From: a bacterium
Lineage (GTDB): Bacteria > SAR324 > NAC60-12
Assembly (NCBI GenBank): GCA_965233585.1
Contig: CBDDTI010000747.1
Coordinates: 480,001 to 544,000, forward strand
Reading direction: 5' to 3'
Length of the DNA stretch: 64,000 bases
The notes beneath the pieces were generated by a model, which was not told where the DNA came from, made no database searches, and saw nothing but the letters and a program-made list of their open reading frames with translations. Position numbers and translations under genes: made by a program. Positions within the stretch are counted from its first letter, which is position 1; each line of letters starts with the position of its first letter. This document shows positions 38,141-47,863 of the stretch, piece by piece.

Positions 38141-40606
38141 ATGGGATTTCAAGTTTCGTTAAAGTGGCTGAAAGATTATCTTTCAACATTACCCCCTGCT
38201 GAGGAATTGGCAGAACGTTTGACATTGGCAGGATTGGAAGTGGAAGAGATTGACCACATTGGCAGCCAATGGGACAAAGACAAATTGCTTGTCAGTCAGG
38301 TCAAGTCAGTGAAGGCACACCCCAACGCAGACAAGTTGTGTCTGGTAGAGGTGTCCTATGGAAAAGGCAAATTGCTGACGATTGTTACAGGTGCAGCAAA
38401 TCTTAAATGCTATGTTGAAGAGGCGTTGCCAGAGTCTTTGTTTTGTCCTCTAGCTCTTGCAGGTGCAGAGGTATTTGACCCAAGCACGGGGGAGTTCAAA
38501 ACCCTTGTCCCTTCTGAAATTCGCGGGGTCATGTCAGAGGCGATGCTTTGTTCTGAAAAAGAACTGGGCATCGGAGAAGACCATGAGGGCATTATGATTT
38601 TGGGGGACGATGCAGTGGCAGGGCAGAGCCTTTATGATTATCTTTGCGATGACATCATTCATCTGGATATAAAAGGAGGTTTTAGTCATTTACTGGGAAT
38701 GGTTGGAATTGCAAGGGAGGTTTCTGCATTGTTTCACACACCTTTGAATCGCTTTGCTTTGCAATCACCTCTGTTGCAACAAGGCACTATCACAGACACC
38801 CCAAGTTTTGCTTCCATTCAGATTGCAAACTCTGCTCATTGTTCAAGATATTCTGCCATTTTGATTCAAGGGACAAGCATTGTGGATTCTCCATTTTGGT
38901 TGCAGCAACGTTTGATTAAAGCAGGCATGAGACCCCGCAATTTGATTGTTGATGTGACCAATTATGTCATGCTTGAATTAGGGCAACCTTTACATGCCTT
39001 TGATTATCAGTTGCTTTGCCAAAGGGCATCAAATGGCACTCCTCAAATTCAAATCCGCTTTGCTCAAGAAGGTGAAGCCTTTGAAACGCTTGATGACGTC
39101 CAACGCACGTTGAGTGGTCAAATGTTGATGATTGCAGACGAGCAAGGTTCAATCGCCATTGCAGGAGTGATGGGAGGGGCTGGAACAGAAATTACAGAAG
39201 AGACTCAAGACATTTTGATTGAGTCTGCCAATTTTGAATTTTTAAATAACCGCCAGACGGCTCAGACTTTAAAACTTCACACTGAAGCCGCAGAACGTTT
39301 TGGTAAAGACCTTGACCCTTCCATGACTTTACAAGCGGCATTGCGTGCTGCAGAGTTGATTGTCAAATATGGTGGGGGTACTGTTTGCCAAGAATACGGA
39401 GACGTCTATCCAAACCCAAAGCCAACAAAATCAATAGAATTACAACATGCCTATCTTTGCAAGTTACTGGGGGTGCATCTGAATCTTGCAGAAATCACAG
39501 ACATTTTGCATCGGCTTGAGTTCCAAACACAAGTGACTCAAGGAGACAATTTGTTGGTGTCTGTGCCAGAACATCGCATGGACATTCACGAACCTGCTGA
39601 CCTTGTGGAAGAAATCATAAGAGTTTATGGCTACCATTGTATGAAGCCAACTTTGATGAATGACGAACTGCCCCCCCAATTACATCATCACAAGTATTGG
39701 CAAACAGAAACTCTCCGAGACCTCTTGTGCAATGCAGGTTTTGATGAAATCATCACCTACTCTATTGTTGGTGTTGACGAAGAAAATGCCTTGTTTGTTG
39801 AACCAAGACAGACCGACTATTTGACCTTACAAAATCCCCTCTCCAGTGAAAAAAATGTGATGAGACAAACGCTTCTTGTAGGTGCATTGACCACGATTAA
39901 AGAGCATTTGAAGCATGAATCTGCCTCTTGGGTTTTTGAAGTTGGCAATATTTTTCTGCCAAATCCTGAAGGATTGCCAACAGAACTCCCCAAGCTATGC
40001 GTTGCCATGAGTGGGAAGGAAGAACAAGGTTGGTATCAACAAAACCAACGCATTTTAGATTTTTACGACTTCAAAGGGTCATTGGAAGTTTTATTTGACG
40101 GCTTTCAAATCTCTGTGCAGTGGAAAAAAACAACTGATGCCAGACTTCACACAGGCAAAAGTGCGAGTCTCTGGATTGGAGACGTTCAAATCGGCATCGC
40201 AGGTGAACTTCACCCCAAAATCCAAAAACGTTTTGGATTGACTCAATCTGTTTGCATAGCAGACCTTGATGTTGCAACGTTTTTTAAATGCCTCCCCCAA
40301 GAAAGAGCCATTCAACCCATCTGCATTTTTGAACCCATTTATGAAGACTTGGCTTTTGTTGTTGATGAATCAGTAGAGTCTGAGACGATTTGCAACCTGA
40401 TGAAACAGCTTGGACAACCTTTGTTGCAAGAGGTGAAACTTTTTGACGTCTTCAGGGGTGAGAAAGTGGGTGCAGGTAAAAAAAGCCTTGCCTTTGCCTT
40501 GACTTATCAATCCATGAATCATGTCTTGTGTGATGATGATGTCGCACCTTTGCGTGAAAAAATCATCGCCACCCTTCAAGACCATCAAGCCTTTTTGAGA
40601 GTGTAA
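38141..40606 (+). CDS. pheT: Phenylalanine-tRNA ligase beta subunit
   Basis: SLKWLKDY, HPNADKL, VDVTNYVMLELGQPLHAFD, GKKSLAF. Confidence 0.96.
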   Translation: MGFQVSLKWLKDYLSTLPPAEELAERLTLAGLEVEEIDHIGSQWDKDKLLVSQVKSVKAHPNADKLCLVEVSYGKGKLLTIVTGAANLKCYVEEALPESLFCPLALAGAEVFDPSTGEFKTLVPSEIRGVMSEAMLCSEKELGIGEDHEGIMILGDDAVAGQSLYDYLCDDIIHLDIKGGFSHLLGMVGIAREVSALFHTPLNRFALQSPLLQQGTITDTPSFASIQIANSAHCSRYSAILIQGTSIVDSPFWLQQRLIKAGMRPRNLIVDVTNYVMLELGQPLHAFDYQLLCQRASNGTPQIQIRFAQEGEAFETLDDVQRTLSGQMLMIADEQGSIAIAGVMGGAGTEITEETQDILIESANFEFLNNRQTAQTLKLHTEAAERFGKDLDPSMTLQAALRAAELIVKYGGGTVCQEYGDVYPNPKPTKSIELQHAYLCKLLGVHLNLAEITDILHRLEFQTQVTQGDNLLVSVPEHRMDIHEPADLVEEIIRVYGYHCMKPTLMNDELPPQLHHHKYWQTETLRDLLCNAGFDEIITYSIVGVDEENALFVEPRQTDYLTLQNPLSSEKNVMRQTLLVGALTTIKEHLKHESASWVFEVGNIFLPNPEGLPTELPKLCVAMSGKEEQGWYQQNQRILDFYDFKGSLEVLFDGFQISVQWKKTTDARLHTGKSASLWIGDVQIGIAGELHPKIQKRFGLTQSVCIADLDVATFFKCLPQERAIQPICIFEPIYEDLAFVVDESVESETICNLMKQLGQPLLQEVKLFDVFRGEKVGAGKKSLAFALTYQSMNHVLCDDDVAPLREKIIATLQDHQAFLRV

Positions 40607-40978
40607 GTGAAGTTGCCAAAGGAGATGTTCTCCGTCATCAAAGTCTTGAATGCGTTTTATTGTGGATTTGCTGGAATTGTCTTTGCCTTCAAAAATGAAC
40701 GAGCCTTCTGTCAAGAAGTGCTTTCGTTCATTCCTCTGTCAATCTGGGCAATCTTCCTTGCAAACTCTCTACTAGATTACCTCTTGTTAGTTGTGCCTTT
40801 CTTTGTAATTCTTGCATTAGAGCTAGTCAACACAGCAATAGAGCAATTAGCTGACTTAATTTCTCAAGAAAAATGTCCTGAAATTAAAATCGTCAAAGAT
40901 TGTGCTGCAGGGGCGGTGTTGTTGATGGTCTTTGTGGCTGCTGTCATTTGGTTCGTGAAGTTCTCAAGTTTTTTGTAA
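40607..40978 (+). CDS. dgkA: Diacylglycerol kinase
   Basis: E.AF.QE, ELVNTAIE..AD, KD.AAGAV. Confidence 0.92.
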   Translation: MKLPKEMFSVIKVLNAFYCGFAGIVFAFKNERAFCQEVLSFIPLSIWAIFLANSLLDYLLLVVPFFVILALELVNTAIEQLADLISQEKCPEIKIVKDCAAGAVLLMVFVAAVIWFVKFSSFL

Positions 40979-41035
40979 AACAGACGATACTTAAAGAGAA
41001 ACGGCTAACCTAACCTTATCTTGAAAAAACGACCC

Positions 41036-41230
41036 ATGACAGAAAAACTCAATTCACAATGTGCTTGGTGCGGGGCATTCCGACACGCTTGTTCTTGGGA
41101 CAAACAGAATCACCAGCTTTCACAGGCAACCACTCATGGCATTTGTCCTGCTTGTGTGAAGCAACAACTTCAAATCCCACTAGAAACCTTCAAACAACTT
41201 TGCCAAGCAGAACAACTCAGGACTGCGTGA
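41036..41230 (+). CDS. Small putative zinc-binding protein
   Basis: CAWC ... THGICPAC. Confidence 0.6.
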   Translation: MTEKLNSQCAWCGAFRHACSWDKQNHQLSQATTHGICPACVKQQLQIPLETFKQLCQAEQLRTA

Positions 41231-41277
41231 AGGCTTGCATTAGAATCTAGCACACCAGACCAAGACTTCTCCCCCAG

Positions 41278-43245
41278 ATGTCCTCATTTCAAATTCATGC
41301 TTCTTTTTCTGCAGCAGGCGACCAACCCCAAGCCATTGAAAGTCTGGTCAATGGAATCCATCAGCGTCAAAAAGAACAGGTGTTGCTTGGCATCACAGGT
41401 TCAGGCAAGACGTTTTCTATGGCAAACATCATTGCACAAACAGGACGCCCTGCACTCATCATTGCACACAACAAAACCCTTGCCGCACAACTTTACAACG
41501 AATTTTGCGACTTCTTCCCAAAAAATGCTGTTGAGTATTTTGTCAGCTTTTATGACTACTACCAGCCTGAAGCCTACGTCCCCCAACGTGACCTTTACAT
41601 AGAAAAAGACACTGCCATCAATGACAATTTGGAACGAATGCGGCTTTCTGCCACAAGGTCTTTGTTTGAACGTGAAGATGTCATCATTGTTGCCAGCGTC
41701 TCTTGTATCTATGGTTTGGGAAGTCCTGAAGAATACGGAGAGATGGCACTTTACTTGAAAATTGGGGACAAACTCCCACGTTCTGAACTTTTGCAACAAC
41801 TGATTACCATACGTTATGAACGCAACGATTATGATTTTTTTCGTGGGTCTTTCCGTGTGCGGGGTGATTGTGTGGAGGTGTACATGGCAGAGAAAGATTA
41901 TGGGATTCGTGTAGAGCTTTTTGGTGATGATGTAGAGGCAATCGTCAAGTTTGACCCCCTCAATGGCAAGAAGCAAGAATCTTTGTCAAAAGTGGCATTC
42001 TTTCCCAATTCTCACTACGTTGCCGCAGAAGACCAGATGCCTGAAACCTTGCGATTGATTCGTGAAGAACTAGAAGTAAGATTGCAGGAGTTGCATCAAC
42101 AAAACAAGCTGGTTGAGTTTCAAAGGTTGAAGCAACGTGTGGAGTATGATTTGGAGATGCTAGAAGAAACAGGCAGTTGCAAAGGCATTGAAAATTACAG
42201 CCGTATCTTGCAGAGGCGTCAAGCAGGAGAACCCTCCCCAACACTCATCAGTTATTTACCTGCTCATGCACTCATTTTTATTGATGAAAGTCACGTCACC
42301 TTGCCCCAAGTCCGAGGCATGTATCTTGGCGACCACTCACGCAAATTGACTCTTGTTGAACATGGATTCCGATTGCCTTCTGCTTTGGATAACCGACCTT
42401 ATCGCTTTGAAGAGTTTGAGACGTTGCCACAACCAAGAATTTACGTTTCTGCTACCCCAAGTGATTATGAATTGAAACAAAGTCAAAATGTGGCAGAACA
42501 AATCATTCGTCCCACAGGATTACTTGACCCTAAGATTGAAGTCAGGGGAGTGATGGGACAGGTTGATGACATGCTTGCAGAAATTCAAGAACGTATCAAG
42601 AATGGTGAACGGGTGTTGATTACAGCACTCACAAAACGTATGGTAGAAGACCTTGCAGAATATTATGATGATTTAGATGTGCGAGTCCGCTACTTGCATT
42701 CAGAAATTGATGCCATTGAACGCACCGTCATCATTCAAGAACTGCGTCAAGGTTTATTTGACGTTCTCATTGGCGTCAATCTATTGCGGGAGGGTCTTGA
42801 TATTCCTGAAGTCTCTTTGATTGGAATTTTTGATGCAGACAAAGAAGGCTTTTTACGTTCTACAACGTCTTTAATTCAAACGATTGGACGTGCGGCACGC
42901 AACACCAATGGCAAGGTCATCATGTATGCAGACTCCATCACAGGTTCTATGCAACGTGCGATGGACATCACCACACAACGAAGACGCAAACAACAAGAGT
43001 TCAATCACAAAAACGGCATCACTCCTAAAACTATCTTCAAAAAAATTCATCAATCGTTAGTCCAAGAATCTGCAGAACAAGAACAAGACCAAGTGGCTGA
43101 CAAATTGAAAGACACCTCCCCACAAAGTCTAATAAAAGAACTGGAAACAGAGATGCTAGAAGCCGCAGAACGTCTTGATTTTGAACAAGCGGCAAAGTTA
43201 CGAGACCGCATTCAATCACTCCAAAAATCCCTTCAAAAAAAGTGA
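41278..43245 (+). CDS. uvrB: Excinuclease ABC subunit B
   Basis: GDQPQAI, GITGSGKT, YYQPEAY, DESH, QTIGRAARN, C-terminal UVR domain. Confidence 0.98.
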   Translation: MSSFQIHASFSAAGDQPQAIESLVNGIHQRQKEQVLLGITGSGKTFSMANIIAQTGRPALIIAHNKTLAAQLYNEFCDFFPKNAVEYFVSFYDYYQPEAYVPQRDLYIEKDTAINDNLERMRLSATRSLFEREDVIIVASVSCIYGLGSPEEYGEMALYLKIGDKLPRSELLQQLITIRYERNDYDFFRGSFRVRGDCVEVYMAEKDYGIRVELFGDDVEAIVKFDPLNGKKQESLSKVAFFPNSHYVAAEDQMPETLRLIREELEVRLQELHQQNKLVEFQRLKQRVEYDLEMLEETGSCKGIENYSRILQRRQAGEPSPTLISYLPAHALIFIDESHVTLPQVRGMYLGDHSRKLTLVEHGFRLPSALDNRPYRFEEFETLPQPRIYVSATPSDYELKQSQNVAEQIIRPTGLLDPKIEVRGVMGQVDDMLAEIQERIKNGERVLITALTKRMVEDLAEYYDDLDVRVRYLHSEIDAIERTVIIQELRQGLFDVLIGVNLLREGLDIPEVSLIGIFDADKEGFLRSTTSLIQTIGRAARNTNGKVIMYADSITGSMQRAMDITTQRRRKQQEFNHKNGITPKTIFKKIHQSLVQESAEQEQDQVADKLKDTSPQSLIKELETEMLEAAERLDFEQAAKLRDRIQSLQKSLQKK

Positions 43246-43367
43246 ACAGACCAAAAACTTTTAAAAGTTTTTAATGGCTTTCAATGATTCTTAATGCTTT
43301 TTAGTGTCATTGCTTTTGGCTTAATTTCAAAACTTATGAATCGTGTCACACCCCCAAAGAAAGATAG

Positions 43368-43575
43368 ATGACGAGTCAAAAACATCAAATAATTGAACAA
43401 CTTTATAAGGATTGTGAGAAAAGCGGAAACTTTGTGTTTCTATGTTGTCAGAGAAGCAACAGATGCTTTTGATGTTTTGAAGTTGTGGTGCTATACATTT
43501 ACTAATCCGCTTGACATGACCTCAATACAACTTGTCAAGTCTGCCGCTTATCAGTTAATACCAAGCGAGGTTTAG
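43368..43575 (+). pseudogene. Internally deleted restriction endonuclease-like remnant
   Basis: ATG 43368 gives MTSQKHQIIEQLYKDCEKSGNFVF. A different frame from ~43441 gives YVVRE...LWCYTFTNPLDMTSIQLVKSAAYQL, ending 2 nt before the MTase ATG. Confidence 0.5.
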
Positions 43576-43577
43576 CA

Positions 43578-44393
43578 ATGAAAAATTTTAGAGACCATGT
43601 GTTTAACCAAGATGTTTTAGAGGTGTTAAAACAAATACCAGACCATTCATTAGACATGGTCTATGGAGACCCAGATTATAATGTAGGCATCAACTACGCT
43701 GGCAAAAATTACACGACAAAATGGAATGATTACATTGATTGGTATGTGCAACTGACTAAAGAATCATTGCGTGTTCTAAAACCAGAGGGCAATTTATTTA
43801 TGATGAATTACCCCAAACAAAATGCTTATTTGCGGGTCAAGTTTTTAGATGAACATGCCTACAATGTTCAAGATTATGTATGGATTTATAACACCAATGT
43901 TGGGCATTCAAAATCTCGCTTTACCACTGCTCATCGCTCCATACTTCACGCCACCAAAAGCAAAAACAACAAATTTTATAAAGACCAAGTTGCCGTACCC
44001 TATCAAAACCCGACTGATAAAAGAATACAGGCTAGAATTGCACAAGGGCATCAAGGCAGAATGCCTTACAGTTGGTTTTATTTTGATTTAGTTAAAAATG
44101 TGAGTAAAGACAAAACCTTTCACGCTTGACAAATCCCTCTTAAATTGGTGGAAATGTTGATCAAATCTTGCACCCAAGAACAAGACACTGTGTTCATTTT
44201 GTTTGGAGGTAGTGGCTCTGAATTGGCTTTGTGCAAACAACTCAACCGTCATTTTATCAGTTGTGAACTGCACGCAAAGTATTACCAAATGATCTTAGAC
44301 CGATTAAATAACGAAGGACAAATTAAAGATGAGTACAAATTAGAATTCACCAGAAAGAAAAAATCTGGTGACCAACAATCATTTTTGGCGTAA
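43578..44393 (+). pseudogene. Beta-class N4/N6 DNA methyltransferase interrupted by one in-frame TGA (44127-44129)
   Basis: DPDYNVG (DPPY-like) before the stop. KTFHA*QIPLKLVEMLI...LFGGSGS SAM motif continues in the same frame (44145-43578 = 567, a multiple of 3). Confidence 0.85.
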
Positions 44394-44530
44394 GGATAGA
44401 ATGTTTGGGGTCATTCCATAAAAAAGTGATGCTTCTCCAGCTCAAGAAAGCTAAACAGACATGTCAAAAAATCAATCACTAAAGAAAATCAATCACTAAA
44501 AATCATCATCATTTACTATGACTAGCAATT

Positions 44531-45022
44531 ATGAGAATCAATGACTTAGAAGCCATCGTTTTTGACTTTGATGGCGTACTGACTGATAACTTTGTTTATG
44601 TGAACGACCAAGGGGAGGAGTCTGTCCGTTGTAGTCGTGCTGACGGATTGGCGATTCAAGCCATTGGCAAAGCAAACCCGCATCTCAAGTTGATGATTCT
44701 TTCCACAGAAAAAAATCTTGTTGTGTCCAAACGTGCAGACAAGTTAGGGCTTTTGTGCATTCAAGGGAGTTTGGACAAAGTGGAATCTTTAAAAAAAGCG
44801 GCTGCTCAACAGCGATTTTCTCTTGAAAAAACCCTTTATCTTGGCAATGACCTCAATGACTATCACGCCATGAAACTTTGCAAATACTCTGCTTGTCCTG
44901 CTGACAGCCACCATGACATTTGCCAAATTGCTAAAATCCAACTGCAAACTCAAGGTGGTCATGGTGTAGTCCGTGAACTAGTTGAAAAGATTTTTAAGTT
45001 AGACCTTAAAACTTTATTGTAG
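44531..45022 (+). CDS. KdsC-like HAD phosphatase
   Basis: FDFDGVLTD, DG.AI, YLGNDLND, GGHGVVRE. Confidence 0.88.
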   Translation: MRINDLEAIVFDFDGVLTDNFVYVNDQGEESVRCSRADGLAIQAIGKANPHLKLMILSTEKNLVVSKRADKLGLLCIQGSLDKVESLKKAAAQQRFSLEKTLYLGNDLNDYHAMKLCKYSACPADSHHDICQIAKIQLQTQGGHGVVRELVEKIFKLDLKTLL

Positions 45023-45204
45023 TATCAACGTTTTCAAAATGATTTTTTTCAACATGATTTGTTCAACATCTCCTTTTTTAAATTTTCAAATTTTCAAATC
45101 ATCTTTTTTCAATCGCTCTGTTTTTTTTGAGTCTTTCATAAGATTTTTTAAGAAATCAGGCACTAAAAAGTCGTTTTGAGCATCTTGAATTTCAGTCTCT
45201 TGAA

Positions 45205-46758
45205 ATGAATCAGTCTTTCAAAACTCAATACGTCCTGAAACCTCAATTCCTCTGTCAATTTTTCATCATCTTGTTTGCTTCGTGGTTAGTTGGGCTTCAG
45301 CTTTGGGACCATGATTTGTTTGAGTATTGGGGTTATTACAAGATAATGTTTGAAGATGGCTGGAATCCTGATGATTATTGGGTGCAAGCGCATTCGTGGA
45401 TTAATGTGCGTTCAGGATTTTTGTTGCACATTCGGGCATTAGAGTTGTTGTTTGGATTGCAAAGTGCTTTTTTCGTTGCCTATGCCATCACTTTTGTTGC
45501 GTGTCTTTTGGCAGTGATGAGGCTTGCGAAGCGTGTGGGGCAACTTCTCAACATGCAGTCTTTGCACTATTGGACAGTGGTTTTGATGGTGTCAGCCCCG
45601 TCTTCCAAGTACTTGATAGAGATGATTGGGGGCAACGATGTCATCTATGACCACCTCAAATCTTCTTTTGCGGCAACGGCTGTGGCACTTTGGGCAGTGG
45701 TGCTTTGGTTAGAAGACAGACCACGCTTTGCCTTCTTTTTGGCAGGATATGCCGTGTTCCTTCATATTCAATTTGGCGGGTTGGTTGTCTTGGTTTTATT
45801 GATTCTCACCATTTATGAAAATCGTTGGGACTTCAAAAAAACTTGTTTAGACGTGTGTCCTGCATTGTTCTGGTCGCCTTTGCCTTTGTGGCTGGTGTTT
45901 GAATTATTAGTCAAAAATCCTCCTATTGACTCACAAGTGCTTTTCAATCTCATGTCGTGGCGAATGCCTCATCATATCTTGCCAAGTGCTTTTGGCGAGA
46001 GCAAATGGAGGCATTTTGCAACACGTCTGCTTTTTGCTTTGATTTTGATGATGTTCATCAGGCGTCACAAGTCTTGTTTTCAAAGACGTTTAGTGGCATT
46101 GGGCATGACTTGTTTTTTAGCGATTGGTGCAGTTTCAATTTTGATAGAATGGGGCGATTCATTATGGGCGGCACAAACTCAAGCCTTCCGATTAGACTTT
46201 GTCATCTGCTTATTGGCGGCAATGGGATTGTCTGCCGTTTTCATCTTTGCTAGCAAAAAATGGTGTCGTTCAGAATGGGTCTTGCCTTCGGTCTTCTTGG
46301 TGTCTTTGACAATTCTTCATACTCATAGCAGGCAAGAAAACCTCAAACCTTTCAAAGAGCGATTCAGAAACCTTGAAATCCCGGGGGAAAGTTCAAATGA
46401 GATAGATGTATTTTTTCAAAAAGCCAAGCCGTACGTTGAGCCAAATGCAGTGGTATTGGCAACGGGAGGTGCTGCCGTGCAAGGCAGGGTCAGGTTACTT
46501 TGGAACACTCCCTTATTTTTTGGATACAAAAGCACCCCTCAAAATCGTTCTATCTGGCTTGAATATTATGAAAGGGGGCAATTACAACAGCAGTTTGAAA
46601 ACAAACCTTCCCTTGAATTGATTGAACAAATGAAGGCGTACCAAACTGTGCAATATATCGTCTCAGACCAAAAAATCCTTCAAATGAAGCCTCTGTTTCA
46701 ACATGGAACGTATCGCTTGTATGACCTCCAAAAAGCACCGATGCAATCCCTTCCATAA
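45205..46758 (+). CDS. Polytopic membrane protein (DUF6798 / GT-C-like)
   Basis: DDYW, H..FG, RMPHH.LP and K..P......EY.ER motifs with many TM segments. Confidence 0.55.
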   Translation: MNQSFKTQYVLKPQFLCQFFIILFASWLVGLQLWDHDLFEYWGYYKIMFEDGWNPDDYWVQAHSWINVRSGFLLHIRALELLFGLQSAFFVAYAITFVACLLAVMRLAKRVGQLLNMQSLHYWTVVLMVSAPSSKYLIEMIGGNDVIYDHLKSSFAATAVALWAVVLWLEDRPRFAFFLAGYAVFLHIQFGGLVVLVLLILTIYENRWDFKKTCLDVCPALFWSPLPLWLVFELLVKNPPIDSQVLFNLMSWRMPHHILPSAFGESKWRHFATRLLFALILMMFIRRHKSCFQRRLVALGMTCFLAIGAVSILIEWGDSLWAAQTQAFRLDFVICLLAAMGLSAVFIFASKKWCRSEWVLPSVFLVSLTILHTHSRQENLKPFKERFRNLEIPGESSNEIDVFFQKAKPYVEPNAVVLATGGAAVQGRVRLLWNTPLFFGYKSTPQNRSIWLEYYERGQLQQQFENKPSLELIEQMKAYQTVQYIVSDQKILQMKPLFQHGTYRLYDLQKAPMQSLP

Positions 46759-46912
46759 TCTGAAAAATCAAACCCCCAAATCGCAAGGCTTTCTTTGCTC
46801 AAAGACTTCTTTTGAAAGGAGTTAAAACTTTTGAGTTGCTTTTTTATCGCTGTTTTTGGGGATTTTAGGCTAGAATTTTATTTTAATCATTTTCAAGTAT
46901 AAGCAAAAACGT

Positions 46913-47809
46913 ATGACAACTAAATGTGGCTTCATTGGGTTAATTGGAAGACCCAATGTTGGTAAATCTACATTGATGAACCGCTTCCTTCCAAAGCCGA
47001 TTTCCATTGTCTCTAACAAACCCCAAACAACAAGGAATCAAATCATGGGGGTTTTGAGCAATGAAAGCAGTCAAATTGTGTTCATTGACACCCCCGGCAT
47101 TCATCAAGCATCCAAAGAGCTGAACCGACGCCTTGTGCAATATGCGTGGTCTACCGTTCACGAGTCAGACCTTTGCCTGTGGCTGGTAGAACCTCTACAT
47201 AAAAAGTTTGGCACAATCCACCCCCTTGACGAACAGATGATGCAGAAACTTCAAACACTTCAAACCCCTGTCCTTGTGGTGTTGAACAAAACAGACCTCA
47301 TTTCACAAGAAGACATTTTGCAAAGCATCTCATACTTCAGCGAAACGTTGCCTTTTGCTGACATCGTTCCTGTTTCTGCCAAAAGTGGCTATAACGTCAA
47401 TTATCTACTTCAGATGCTTCATCAAACTTTGCCTGATGGACAATTCTGCTTTGACCCCAGTCAGATGACGAATTGTTCAGACGCTTTTTTAGCATCTGAA
47501 TTTGTCAGAGAACAAGCCTTCCGTTCGTTGAGGCAAGAACTTCCTTATGCCTTTACCACGTTAACCGAACATTTTGAAGAAAAGAAAAACATCATCTTCA
47601 TTGATTGTTTGTTGCTGGTAGAGCAGGACTCTCAAAAAGGCATCATCATCGGGCATCAAGGAAGCATGCTTAAAAAAATAGGTTCTGCAGCGCGGAAAAA
47701 GTTGGAGGGGTTGTTTGGTAAAAAAGTGTTTTTGAACTTACACGTCAAGGTGTCCAAACGTTGGAGTGAAAACCCCAAAGAGTTAGAGACTCTTGGGTTT
47801 TCTATTTGA
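46913..47809 (+). CDS. era: GTPase Era
   Basis: GRPNVGKSTL, PQTTR, DTPG, NKTD, KH domain QKGIIIG..G. Confidence 0.97.
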   Translation: MTTKCGFIGLIGRPNVGKSTLMNRFLPKPISIVSNKPQTTRNQIMGVLSNESSQIVFIDTPGIHQASKELNRRLVQYAWSTVHESDLCLWLVEPLHKKFGTIHPLDEQMMQKLQTLQTPVLVVLNKTDLISQEDILQSISYFSETLPFADIVPVSAKSGYNVNYLLQMLHQTLPDGQFCFDPSQMTNCSDAFLASEFVREQAFRSLRQELPYAFTTLTEHFEEKKNIIFIDCLLLVEQDSQKGIIIGHQGSMLKKIGSAARKKLEGLFGKKVFLNLHVKVSKRWSENPKELETLGFSI

Positions 47810-47863
47810 CTAAAAACGAAATTGACCAACTCTTGACCAAATCAAATTGACCAACTTCAAGCG

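Noticed and set aside
10298..44393. Genome-wide TGA recoding suggested by in-frame TGAs at 10406 and 44127
   Set aside because: TGA terminates conserved genes at their expected ends (uvrB, era, mreB), Trp is encoded by TGG, and the 10.3-kb remnant also contains a TAA.
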